This document shows, in pieces, positions 32,082 to 45,808 of a stretch of DNA of 64,000 nucleotides. Made by a program: the position numbers and the translations under genes. The notes below the pieces were generated by a model that saw nothing but the letters and a program-made list of their open reading frames with translations, had not been told where the DNA came from and did no database searches. This DNA is from Dicyema japonicum (Eukaryota > Animalia > Dicyemida). The stretch is taken from contig RDEW01000017.1 in NCBI GenBank assembly GCA_011109175.1, forward strand, positions 1,092,671 to 1,156,670, given 5' to 3'. Every line of letters starts with the position of its first letter. Within the stretch, counting starts at the first letter, position 1.

Positions 32082-33690
32082 ATGTTTAACGTACGACAAT
32101 ATTTACACAAACGAACAGGAAAATTTGGAATTATTTGGTAATAAGCTTATAGTAATCAAAGGCTTGCTGCTACAAACTCAAAAAAATCACAAGAAAGGAA
32201 TATTGTAAAACTGATGTCGTAGGAAACTGGTTGAGATCATAATTAACAAAAGTTTCGAGTTATTAGCACACGTGGGAGGATTATATAACAAAGATGTTAG
32301 ACTGTCGCTATATTTGTCAGGAAAACTGTTTATTGGAATTGTTAGAATTCACTATAAACAGATTTCGTGTTGATTGGTATATCATAAAGTAATAATAACA
32401 GAGGATATCATGAATTTGACTAAATCACTCAAACAAAAAAAAAAAAACCTAAGAGGAAGTCTAAATACATGAAGAAATTGTGATATTGACTACGTATTTG
32501 AAAATATGACATTATAGTATTATTTTATTTAATATTTAGTCAATTTCAGGTTATTCGCCATTTAAAGTATTTTAGGAGTTTTGCTGTTGATCCTCGCTTA
32601 ATATCACTACCAGAAGAGTGGACTAGAACTGAATCCGTCATTGAGGATTTGTTCCTTCCTGTTGATGAAAATGATTTTCAAGAATATTATAATCTATTAC
32701 TCTCCCCGTCAATTCGAGCGGAACAGTCGAATTCACTGAAGCGACACAGGTTGTACTGTTTACTTAAACAAGTGACACTTTTTTGGATCTTTCCGCCAGC
32801 AAAAGGATCCTTTCCAATCAAGATATTGAGCCTTTACAGTCTCCAAAAATATTAAATATTTATAATTTTAATATTTTAAGTATTCCTTATTTATATTCAT
32901 AATCATTCAACCGTTACATTGTTATCATCAAGTGTATAGTCAATTGTTGTAAAAGTACTTATTTTAGATTGGGGTTTCGAGGGCAAAGAGGTTACTAAGG
33001 GATAATGGCACAAATTATAGTCTCCGCAAAATAAGAGAAAATAGTGAAACTGGAGATAGGACATTATCACCGTTTGTGTTAGCAGGCACAGTCCCCAACA
33101 TAAGCCACCAACTGAACTCTTTAGTTAACAAATATGGTACAATTATATATATTATGAGAATTATTGAATGATATGTGCAGACTAAAATATAATACATTTG
33201 TGAGAAAATCAAATATAAACGAATTAATGGACAGTAAAACGACTGTCTTTCGTAGCATTGAAATGATGAGGCATCAAAGTGACAATGAGGAGGGAATCGG
33301 GGGATACCAAATGAGCATTCCAGAAAGAAATTCCCAGGAAATGCTGTTTTTGTTAATAAAATAATTTAAAGTAACATATCAGTGAGTGAAAAAACGAGCG
33401 AATATGGACCACAGTTACCTATTCTTCCGGACATTTCTCAATCATCAAAAATTTCGAGGAAGATCTCAATTAACGAAAGAGTTCTTTCAAAATGCAAGGA
33501 ATGCATGTCTTCACAGAAAAGGACAACATTCTCATCGATTTGTCCCCCAACTATGTATTCTAGAAGTCGTGCTGCTGAGTACTTTAGTGAGATATTAGGT
33601 AATAGTTTAATATATAAAGTAGTTCTCTGCAAAAATAATAAAATACAATGTTATCAAAATATGGAGGATATTCAAATTACTATTTTGTGA
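32082..33690 (+). CDS. REC8: Meiotic alpha-kleisin REC8
   Basis: Spliced N-terminus MFNVRQYLHKRTGKFGIIWLAAT..RKEYCKTDVVGNC..RLSLYLSGKLFIGIVRIHYKQISCLIEDI has the REC8-type signatures IWLAAT and SLYLS. C-terminal winged helix SRSRAAEYFSEIL. Middle exons are uncertain. Confidence 0.85.
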
Positions 33691-35133
33691 TATTTTTGTT
33701 ACTAGTTTTTGTCCTTTTTTTAATATAATTTTAAAATTACACAGGTTTAAAACATAAGCGGGAAATTTCTTCGTTTTCTCATGAAGCTGCATGTCTCGCC
33801 ACAATAACGAGGTTGTCAGTATGAGACGAAAGGATAGAGTTTGGAGAATTCGAGTGGGAAGGTCGTAAGGAACATATTGAAAGATGCTGAAGATAATGAG
33901 ATCCTCGTGGGACTCCGTTTGAGAGGTATCGTGATTTTTGACTTTTGATTATTTAACATTACTTTTTCTATGAGGATACGGTCTATGTGCTATAATCTGT
34001 CGCAGTCCAATGGTCCGCTTGGCTGATTCTATTAAGTTTTAAATTTATTAATTATTTCTTATTAAACCTTCAAACTTGACTCTTCAATCTAGTCATTTCC
34101 TTATAAAGTATTGTCTTCTATTCATTTGATTCAATTTAATGCTGATGGAATTTACAATTTCTGATAGACATAAAGATTTTTCATGACAAATCGACATCCC
34201 CCAACAAAACCATTCGACTAAATTTCTCGAATTGTCCTTTCAAACTATATTCAATCTCCCACTATCCTTTTTGTTTGGAAGTCTTGATTTGCGAATTTTC
34301 TTGTAGAAAAATAGTCCAAAACTTAATTCTCTTTATGTCTCGTTTTTGCTATTCCCTCAACGATGTTCCTCAGAGATCTGTCCTCTCTTAATTTTCAATT
34401 TCCACCTAAGAGTCACATGGCAACAACTCATACAACTTTAACGATCTCAGCATTGAATCCAAAGGTGTCAGAATCGATCGGAAATAATAAAAGCGGACTT
34501 CTCTCCAAGCAAAGCATTGGTTAAATCTGTGACAGAAATCCTAACTGGGACTAACATATTTTGAAATCTAAGTCTCTCACAAGTCACTTTCAAACAGAAA
34601 CTGATTCTAAGGACGAATCGACCAGAGATACTGGTTCTGTATGATCCAAGTGTAAAAACACTAAGAAACCCTGCCGAGAAAGTATAAATTGTAGCATTTC
34701 ATTGTGAGCGCCTGTTCAGTGTGAAAGGAAAAAAGTCGAACCATAAGTCTGAGCAGAATAATACATAAAATTTCTGAGCAGGAACAATGGAGTTTAAAGA
34801 AGTCACTCTCAGTGAGCCGATAATATTAGTTCGTGGTTACATTGTTCAGTTGAATGTACAGAAAAACAGCAATGCTGCTAAATGGAAAGTACATGGAAAA
34901 GATCATTGGCACTTATTCTAAAAGAAAATAAACGAGTCGATGAGATTGAAAACTTATTCCTTGTATTTTTATTAAACAGCTTACAAGTCTAAGTAACTTC
35001 AGAACGATAACTATATTTCCGTAAATCACTGTACTCAATTTGACGCCTAACATATATTTACATTTATTTAAAAAATCAATACGAACAGAACAAAATTATG
35101 TAATTTTTTTATAATATAAATATATAATCAAGA

Positions 35134-38100
35134 TTATGTCTTAAATATCAGTTTCCTTTTCAAAAAGTATTTCTTAATTTCAAAAAATATGAAAATACTG
35201 GAAGAAATGGCTAGAATTTCAAGAAAATCTAATTTTAAAATATAATAAACCCCTAGTAGAGAGAGCCTCCGTTTGAAATACCTTCTGTAAAGGTCGGAAA
35301 TAGACAACCATTAATTGACCAATTATGGAAAGTGTAACAGCGACCACAAAGGATTTGTTTGAGAAGAAACCAATAGAAAAAATAGATTTATCCTAAGAAT
35401 TACGACAATTATAACATTTGATCGGCAACTCAGAGCATTAAACATGTCAAACAGAACAAAACAGGTGAACGCCTGAGTAGAATAGTGAGAGGGACTATTC
35501 AAATGTTCTTTCATCTAAAAATAAATAAAAAACCAACCTCCCTATAAAATAGACTAAATACACCAATCGTAATTATTGTGGCCGCAAGGATAATGTCCAC
35601 AATCAGTTTTCGACTTATTATGGGCTCAGTTGCTATACGAGGGGGACGACTCATCACGTCAGAGTCACAGGGTTCAACTCCCACACTGCAAGATGTTAAA
35701 TTAGCTAACCTCTGTGCAGGAGGACCGTCCATAATTATATTAATCCACAGAATTTGCATAGCATTTAGGGGGTTAGGAAGATTCATCAAAGTGGCAAGTC
35801 CAGTTATGGACAATGCGGCCAGACTTCTACAAATAACAACCAGACTCACGTGCTAAGCTGAAATTTTACAAAATTTCTAATATTAAAGATAATACTTCGT
35901 CCTTCACCAATGGCCTTCCTACAAAAAGTAACCATATTATCCACTCAATAGCACTGAATTCGTCCTTCGCCAGAATTACATCTGCGACTTCTCTACACGT
36001 GTCAGTCCCTGTGATTCCCATTGCGACTCCAACGTCAGCACATTTCAGAGCAGCAGCATCGTTTACTCCGTCTCCACTCATCATAACAACATTTCTGACA
36101 GCCTGGAGTCCCTAAAATAGTAAATAAAGATTAACTTTCACAATAACCAATTTATGTCTTGGAGAAGTCCTGTAAAAGACAGTAGAACGGTAAAGGACTT
36201 CCGAGAGATAAGTTCCTTCCATCAAGTCAATTTCCTCTCCAGAGACACATGTGTCATTAGGAAGTCGAATATTCAGTTTGCCGGCTGGAAATCATAATTT
36301 TATAAAATACCAATATTCAAAGCAGTTTCCTTAGAATCCCCAGTAATCATTTTAATTATAATTCCCGCCTTTTGCATGATTTCTATTGAATTCGCGATTC
36401 CCTCTCTAGGTGGGTCCATGATGCCTAGTATTCCCAGATATGTCATCTCTGCAGTTGAAATCCCACGAGCTACAGCAATGACTAAAGATTAATAATTTCA
36501 TTACCTCTTAAACCTCTGGAAGCAAGATTTCTGGCATCCTCAGACATTCGAGCCCGAATTTGTGGAGTAATGGTCTGGACACGATCAGAATCAAAGTAAA
36601 AATAGCAACTTTCAATAATTCGTTCATATGCTCCCTTCATGAAGTACATATAATCGTTCTAAGCCAGTAAAATACAAAAATCACATTGTATTTGCATAAA
36701 ACGGTCATAGTCTTTGAGTCTGAAGAAAAGGGCCATTCTTGTAGTCTCTGACAACTGGAAAAGCGTGGATCAGTCATTCGAAACTTAAAAATATGTAAAA
36801 ATTCACTTTCTGAACACATTTTACAATCGCCAGTTCAGTCGGTTGTCCATTCGGTACCTGGGACATAGAATTTGTCAAGGAAGGAATAACTGCGTTGCAG
36901 CACAAACAGGCCGCTTCCAACAGATATGAAACAGATATAGCCGAGCCGTTAAAACTGTGAGTCCATAATGTTTTATTTCTCCGTCATCACAGTAGCCTAC
37001 TCCACTGACAGTGAAATGCTCTCCGTCGGACGTGAAAATATTAGTGACCGTCATTTCGTTTTTTGTTAAAGTTCCAGTTTTATCACAACAGCATACATTG
37101 ACACAACCTGCCTTTAACACGCAAAATTAAACCCAAAGTATCAACAGTGGACATTTTCTTCACAATACAACATAGACGAGCTATTCGAATAATAGCAATG
37201 GCCAGGGTCACAGTAACAACGATTGGAAGTCCCTCGGGAATAGACGCTACCGCCAAACTTACGGCAGTAGTGAATACACGCAATAGTTCCTTCCCTTGAA
37301 GCAGTGCAGTGGCCATTATAAGTCCAATTATGATGAAAGAGAATATTGTAAGATGTTTCCCCAAAACATACATGTTGTTTTGAAGTGGGCTCTTGGGAGG
37401 CTGACGGGTAAATAGAATATAAACCTCTTCGGAGCGCATCAGTTCAAAGACCTCACCAAATTGTGTATTTAAAGCAATAGAGATAACAACTCCCTGAATT
37501 TGAATTTTATAACTACTTTTCCATGACCAGCCACGATATGTGTTCCCATGTAAACGATATTTGGATTAGAATTAGATTTTTCTGAAATTGGAGTAAATTC
37601 AGAAATTTTTTGTTTAGGTTCACTCTCTCCACTGAAACCAGATTCGTCAGTGTACAATCCCATGGCCTTGGTTGAGAAAAACAGAAAACTTCAAAAAGTC
37701 GAATATCTGCTGGCACTCTGTCCCCGACTTCCAGTATAATGATATCACCTGGCACCAAATCCTTGGCTTCAACGAAATCTATGTTTCCTTCCCGGAGACT
37801 AATAGTTAGTACAATAAGGAACCATCTACAAGTCATAGGAACCAATTTCTTAAGCAAGTTAAGAGATTTTTCTGATCGATATTCCTTAAATTAAAAAAAT
37901 AAAATGAAACTTGAATGAATGAAACTGACACGACTATTGTTATGGCCACAGCTATACTGATTCCGTCGTCGTAGTGTCCCATAGCAAAACTAATTAATGA
38001 TGAAATAAGCAGTAAAGTAATCATTGGATCAGTGAACTTTGATATATTGGAATAATTTACATGTTGGATGTATTTTACAAATAAATTTGGTTCCAGTTTG

Positions 38101-38234
38101 TCTTTGAATTCGTTTGATCCAGATCTAAGTCTTATTGATTCCACTTCAGAATTCGACAGGCCTTTTGACAAGTCATAGTTAAAATAATCCCGAATGTTTT
38201 CAATAGACAAATGACTTATTTCCTCACCTTTCAT
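35134..38234 (-). CDS. ATP2C1: Secretory pathway Ca2+/Mn2+ P-type ATPase (SPCA)
   Basis: [42 protein letters not shown] and [15 protein letters not shown]; about 16 introns of 22-26 nt. Confidence 0.95.
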
Positions 38235-38419
38235 TTTATTTCTCAATAAGAGTATACGTGTACTTATTTTTAAATCTAAATATAATTATTAATATATTTT
38301 TAATTTTTAAAAAATTAATTAAATGTTATAAATTAGGGTTCCTATTTAGATAGCGACCCAATGTGGAGGCCTACTTAATATTATAAAGACGGTTTATTTT
38401 TCACAGACATTTCAGAGTT

Positions 38420-40860
38420 TTTGATCCTTGAGAAACGCCGTTTGGTGGGTATCGGTAATGGAGTAGGTTGAGATAATAAAGGAAAGATCAAGTCGAAAAG
38501 CAAGCTACCATAATTTCAAACTTGAAGCATCAGAAGGGTCGCGGTTAGACTTCAAAATAGGAATGATTGTAGAGTATAGGTACTGATCCGTGATTAATTG
38601 AGTATTCGATTAAATGGCTGCTGATCCATAATTAATTTAGTTGTCGATTAAATCTGTTAAAGCAAAAAACCCGTTTGGTCCGAGAATTTTTGATGATGTA
38701 TGGAAAGACAAATTTATTGCTAACAAGAAAATAAGGAGATATTTCGAGGATGTAGTATTTTTCAGTACTGCCATTGGACTTGGACACTTCACTTGTTTTC
38801 CTTTTTAGTATGACTTAGCCTGGATATGTAAGCTTGGGACTTTGGTTCTCATCTTGAAAACTTCCATTCTCCTGTTGTTAGGAGTTCATCTTCCTTTTCA
38901 GTTAATTCGCCCATTAGCCTTCATTCTAAGGCCAGTTTGGTGGATGCCCTCCTTTCCCCCCCTAATAGGGATTTGTTTTTATTTTTGGAGAAAAACCAGC
39001 CCTCACATCCGTAGAGTAAATTTGGAAGAATTACTCACAGAAGATATATAGAAATGTCTCAGTTTACGCGTTGCTTTCGTATACATAGTAGAGCCTGCAG
39101 AGCTTCTAATTCTGATATCTTCCATATACACACCGCTACGGTCAATATTCCCAAATAACGTAAAGGATTCACATTTTTCACTTGACCCTCTGATAAGCGA
39201 GATCCACCCGAGACATTTCCGCCGAATTTCACAAAGGACTGTTAAAAAATTTCTTATCCAGTTAAACAGGTATTTAAGAATATCAACCAACACGAGCTGA
39301 ACCAGAAGATCAAACACTGCCTCAGAAATATTTAGACATAACAAGTTAAAATGTATCCTCTATCTATTTAGCAGTAGAAACAGTCTACACACGACCTACT
39401 TGTGCGAAAGCCCAATTGAAACGGAAGCAAGAAATTTTTTTTTCAATATGCCGACACATGCGTTTGAAGATAATCCTCTCAATTATTTTCGAAATAGGCA
39501 TACCTCGCTGATTGGTCTCTTTGACTTTTCTGATTTGGAAACCACCCTCTCTATAAACCTCTTACATAAGGGTGGAATAGGCTTTCATCAAACAATTTTT
39601 GTAGAACATCAAACTTTGCATCGGGTTCTTTTTTGAACATTTATATTGTCCTGGCGAATTTGCCTTGCATTCCTTGATCGCAGTTTTCACTTCAAATATG
39701 GTAACTACTTCCTCCATGATTCTTATGTCATCTTCACAATATTTGATTAAATCCATTGAATCTCTCTTCATGTCATCAGACATTAGGCTTATTAAGTTAA
39801 AACCTGACGGACGAAACTACTCTCTTCCCATGGGAAAGCGGTAGATACTTGTTCTGGACGTCGCCTGCGTGGATAGCCTCTCTCTCCAACCTTGTTATAA
39901 CTTACAAGATTTCTGTAGAAGAAATCAACAGATTCTTCGAGTATAACCTCCAACACCAATCCATACTCCATCACAACAAACAACCACGTTTACGAATTCA
40001 CAAGATATACTACAAACGACTTTTGGATTACGAACTCCACCATATCTGACACAATGTGCAGTCGAGCCAGAATTGATGCAATCATTCTGCGACTAGTAAT
40101 CTCTCCACACACAGTTAGATCATGTTACCCTACACAACAGAGACATCTCGTCTTCTTATAGAGAGACGATATGTGTCCAAAGCGTTGGCAGTTGAAACAC
40201 CTCCGTGGGCCTCTTCTGTACCATTCCCATACGATAGGAAAATATAAAACCCAAAAACGGACAAGAGATGCAGCTTCCGCCCTGGAGCCAAACTAGAACC
40301 TTTGCAACAGGAGATCTCCTATCTCCCTTTTAGAAACGACATATACTCGTGGTAGAGTGAGCCGATTCCTTAACAAATTCATAAAGGTAATTATCATCCC
40401 AAAAAAGTGGGTTCCTCACACAATTTCGGACGGTCTCACTCGGATTTCACTGAAGTAATGGTTCCCATAACCGAAAGGTGAAGTATCATTAACTTGATTG
40501 CAAAAGTTCCTTTTGTCCTCCTCCTTTTTAAATTCAAAGTGGAATATCCCAGAGCCATGTGGCCCAATCTGTTAGATCCCGTAAATTCGATGGAGTATAG
40601 AACGTTATATATTTTGATGGCTTCCAAATTAGATGTTACAGAGATCTGTATAAACATATTTCCGTTGTATTCAGAAGCTGAAGGATCATAAAAGAAATAG
40701 ACCTCGTGGAATTCTCAATATTGACTCAAGCTACATCGTTTTTGTTTCCAAGAATTGTTGCTATAGAACTTCCAGCCTTCGCCATGTCCTCCTATAATTC
40801 GCATGCAAAATCAGCTCCACGTGGCTTCATCGCTACAGCACTACACTTTTTTCTTTCATA
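38420..40860 (-). mobile_element. Heavily decayed, near full-length APE-type LINE
   Basis: Remnants of endonuclease, the EVKTAIKECKANSPG linker and RT (LNISEAVFD..LFNWIRNFLT). Confidence 0.65.
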
Positions 40861-41002
40861 GTCTTTTCCTCTTTAATATATTACACTTTAGTATTTTTAC
40901 ACGATACACTTTTTGAGCCATTCACTTCAGCATCGAATACTATTAATCTATTGCATTCGAGTTTAGTGAGTTGTCAACAAGTGGAGTAATTAGGGATTGT
41001 AG

Positions 41003-41254
41003 AATAATAATAAAATTATTCAAAAGACCAAGGGTAGAACCAAACTAACTAATCCGTGATCCTGACGCGTTCCAGCGATTCCAAAACTTGTCTCCAGATA
41101 ACGAAATTATCTACCGGTTTAAAGAATAGTTGGATCCTTTTGATGCCGGCCAGGCATTGGGCGTCTCCCTAGTAAGGTGGATCCAATAATTTCATCAGAG
41201 GGAAGGATCATAAATTTTTAACCAACTAGCCTAAAGCACGACACGGCGCCACGC
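41003..41254 (-). mobile_element. SINE-like family 2, copy B
   Basis: Colinear with 28996-29270. Confidence 0.75.
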
Positions 41255-41375
41255 GGAATAATGAAAATATTTAATATTTGCCTGTATAAGAGAGTGAGAC
41301 ATTCTTGTATGAGGGAAAGACAAATTAAATTATTATTAATAAAATATTATATTTGATTTACAATTTTAATTGTTT

Positions 41376-42062
<687 letters not shown>

Positions 42063-42179
42063 TATTCTAACAATTTCACAAAATATTAATTTCATTATTT
42101 TTTTAGTCATAGTTTTTTATTTAGAGAAAATTAGTTGGTTTAACTCCTTTCTTGGTTAAAAATTGTTAATAATCATTCA

Positions 42180-43070
42180 AGGTTCGGTCTGCTCAACAGC
42201 AATATTCAACTTGCACCTTTCGAGCTTACAAATCCGAACATACTACTTCCTCTTATGTTAATGGTATTGTAAATTCTTTGCGTCGTCTCGATGTGACCAC
42301 CACTTCTGGGGTCCTTCAACAATATTTTTTCCCAGTTGAGGCTTAACAATTGTCTAGACAATTTATCAGAAAAACGATGGACTATGCAGTTCCTGACTGG
42401 AATTTCTGTTTATCAATGACGATTAATAAGAGTTAAACTCTGCCTAAGAACACGTGTCTAAAATCACTTCATAAGTGAGATGTTCGTGTTTACTAATCGC
42501 TCCTCGACTGTTGTCAGCATATGGGTTTAAAGACTATCAGGAAAGAATCACAAAGATCAGCTTCGTCGCTGTGATTTTTCTGACTTCAAAATGACAGGTT
42601 ACATCTTCTCTTGTCCTGGTCAGTCTTTGGTTTCTGCTCCATACCAGAGATATCTGACGAATCGATGGATTTATCAACGACACTACTTCTCTATAATGCA
42701 TTTGTTCTCCCTATATAATCAAATGATACGAATACAATATGAGAAGCTGGAAAATACCATTAAAAACATCTACATTCTTTGTTAAAGATCCCTCAAAGAG
42801 ATATTTTTGTTGTGTAAATTCAAGTCCTCAGAAGATAAAATAAGGAGAGATATGTGGGGTCTGTTCGGACATATCTTCAGAATAGATCCAACGCTATTTG
42901 CCAACGACGTTATAGAAGCATATTTCGAGTGCACTTGAGGGTATCGAGAAAGACCGAGATACACGTTGCCTGTTGTAATCCGGAAGATTTAAGGAATTCA
43001 AAAATGATTATAAGTGAGACAGATGACCTAGAAGCTTTCAGCTTAGACAGTCTGGACGTGTATTCTCCCA
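42180..43070 (+). mobile_element. Cluster of decayed LINE fragments (RTE-X-like at ~42600-43060)
   Basis: WGLFGHIFRID..RKTEIHVA remnants. Confidence 0.5.
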
Positions 43071-43949
43071 CACATTTAACAGAGCATGTACATTAACATA
43101 TCCATTAAGTATTTGTCACAAGTGATAAAACCTAGTTCATTTTTGATCAGTCAGCAAATATAAATAACGTGGTGTGTCTGTTGTTGTATTTTCTGCTTAA
43201 TTTTGCTTACTCAATAATTTCTGCCTATAAAAATTAAATAACGTGGTGTGTCTTATCCAAGTACTTTATAGTGATTCTGCTTATTGAAGAAGTTTGTTTT
43301 TTAGGGTGCGATGCCGTTTTTGGACGACTTCATTAGTAGGGAAGATATTCCTTTCAACGTTTGTCCTCGGGGTAACAAGCGAAAACTTGGGATTCAATGC
43401 TTTGATTGCTCTTTGTTCTTTTACCTGGGATGTGTCAGGCTGTGAAGTTTTTGAAACCTTTGTCTTATTGAATTTTCCGTGACTTTCTGAGACCAAAACA
43501 ATATGATTCCCTTCTTGGAGTCACTAAATCCCTAATTATGTCTAACCCTATTTCTGGGTCACTTATCGGTAACGTTACGTCTGAAGAAATTTTTCTTGCG
43601 TCGAGGTTACGTGTACAGAGGCGTATTCCTTAGCGACTGAGGCTCTATCCCGCGCTATTGACAGGGCTATCTCGTCTTTGGCGACCAAGGATTGGATTTC
43701 ATTATTTCTCTTTTCCTTAATTGCACTTGGATTGGACTCTAATTGTCGAGGAGTTTCTACTGCTGCAAGCCTTAGGAAATCTATTCAGTCGTTTAAGGAT
43801 AGAAATCTTTAATTTTCTTCTCTCTCAAGAGTCCCTTTTCATGGAAACAAAAAGTTTTCTCTTCTCCATTGGATCTGAGAGAATTTTCAATCATATTGGA
43901 CTGCCATTACCCGTTTATTTATCGAATCTGATGTAATGGCTGGGATCAA

Positions 43950-44400
43950 ATCCTTTCTCACCAGGCAGCAGGGGTTTGGATGCTTTACGCTTTGGGCATA
44001 TCAAAGACCTTTCGTCATTTTTAACTTTGAGGTGTTATGGTCACATCGTTAACTAAACACGTTAACATCCTCCCATTGTCTGTGAACTCTTATTCTTCCA
44101 TTGTTTCCCTTCTCGAAGCCTGGTGGTGGAGTCAGGCCTATTGTCACTGGAAGCCTATTCAGAAGATTTGCTTTCAAGCTTTCTTGCTGGCGTGTTATTG
44201 ATGATCTGTCATCCAAACTGAAACCAGTACACTCGGAGAGGGCGTTCGCCTCGGGTGCGAATAGGCCATTTATGCCGCTCGTCCTCTTGTGAACTATTTA
44301 GAATTTCAAAATAAGAAAATATGCTAGCCTTTCAACAAGATTCTACGTACAGCCCATAGTCATCGGGACGGTCTCTTTTCTAAGATGGTTCGGGTCCATG
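43950..44400 (+). mobile_element. CRE-like RT fragment
   Basis: AGGLDALRFGH and LFPFSKPGGGVRPIVTGSLFRRFA. Confidence 0.7.
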
Positions 44401-44514
44401 ATATCGAAAGTGAGCAATGAGCGTCGGGAAACGAGTGGTTGTTCCAAAGGATTTCTCTGGCAGTTGTCAGGGGAAACAGCAATTCCATCCTATCAGCTGG
44501 GTTATTTTGATTGT

Positions 44515-44750
44515 CTTATTTTTATTAGCACTTTCACGAGAGCCATAATATTTATAGCCCCGCATGTGCAGCAAAAAATATAAGAGAAAGAGTTAGCTTG
44601 TTCCAAGCTCTTCTGTTCTTAGCCAGATCTCTCATTGTGTCCAGGTCATCAGCAGATGCCAATGTTTTCTTTACGCCTTTCAGATCCCCTTGTAAAACGA
44701 CCGGGAGGGTTGTTTTCGGTCTTCGATGAAAGCGTTTTACATTGGAGGAG
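44515..44750 (-). mobile_element. 3' end of an RTE-X-like LINE
   Basis: RPKTTLPVVLQGDLK and the conserved tail GGGCTATAAATATTATGGCTCTCGTGAAAGTGC. Confidence 0.75.
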
Positions 44751-45035
44751 GAGTAGTTAAATTAGATTAAATTCCAAAGACCACTGTTTAACCGAAAAAA
44801 ACTAAATAAGTGATCTTCCATTGCGATATTCGGGGAATTGTCTTGTTACGTAATAAATTATTCACATTTTAATTAAAATTACAATATTTTATTAAAAATT
44901 ATTCCAGAAAGATATCGAACCTATGCCACAAGAAAAGCTTAGAAAGATCAAGACAAGTAGTATTGAGATAAGGTCATATTATGAAAGGAAACAACAATGG
45001 AAAGTAATTCAATTGTCTCTAAAACCACAAACCGC

Positions 45036-45588
45036 GTTATTAACCGAGAATCCATATTAATAACAAGATTATCCCAGCCAATACAAGGCTAAACATCCTG
45101 GAAGGCATGTTTGACTAGAGACTTTCTTCAACCAAACATGTGGAAAACAAAGTGGAGTATCGATAAAGAGAATGACCATCAAAGATCGTTTAAAAAACTC
45201 TTGGAAGAAAAGTGGATACTTCACCATCTTCTAAGCCAGTTTGTCCTACGAATATTTGAACGATGCATCATTACAATGGCCATTGCCAGTTCTTCCGTGA
45301 ACAAGTTGATTACAATCCATGAAAGCACCAATAGACTCATCGGTTCTAATCCCGAGACTATGACTCTTGAAGCACTTCTACTCGGACGAAAACAAAAAAT
45401 TCAGAATGCCTGGCAACCATGAACCAGACACATCGCGACACCCTTATTCAATAATCTTAAAAGCCACCCGAGATACAAGAAGACTCCAGACCCTTTAAGA
45501 AGAGGGGTTCAAAATGGCCGTGCCAGCAGCTGGGATTATTTAATTTGCCATGGCATTCATTCTCTTTAACCGTAGCAATAAACAATAA
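45036..45588 (+). mobile_element. 5'-truncated retroposon insertion with 16-bp TSD
   Basis: TAAAACCACAAACCGC at 45020-45035 and 45589-45604; A-rich tail; decayed coding interior. Confidence 0.75.
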
Positions 45589-45808
45589 TAAAACCACAAA
45601 CCGCACCGTATCCCCAGTGCTTTGTGATAAAGTCAAATATAAATTTTCAAACAAAAAATAACACAAAAAATAAAATTAATAATTAAAATAATAAATTAAA
45701 ATATTTACGAACGATTGTTTAATTATAATGCCAATTAAATGCAAATAGTTGATATACTTTAACTAATTTTTAACAAAATCAGTTTGTATCTAATCTTGTA
45801 GGCTAAAA

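Noticed and set aside
41140-41210. Hammerhead or HDV ribozyme in SINE family 2 (CTGATGA and GGCCGGCAT on the minus strand)
   Set aside because: The motifs are not conserved in the second copy and the remaining core elements could not be built.
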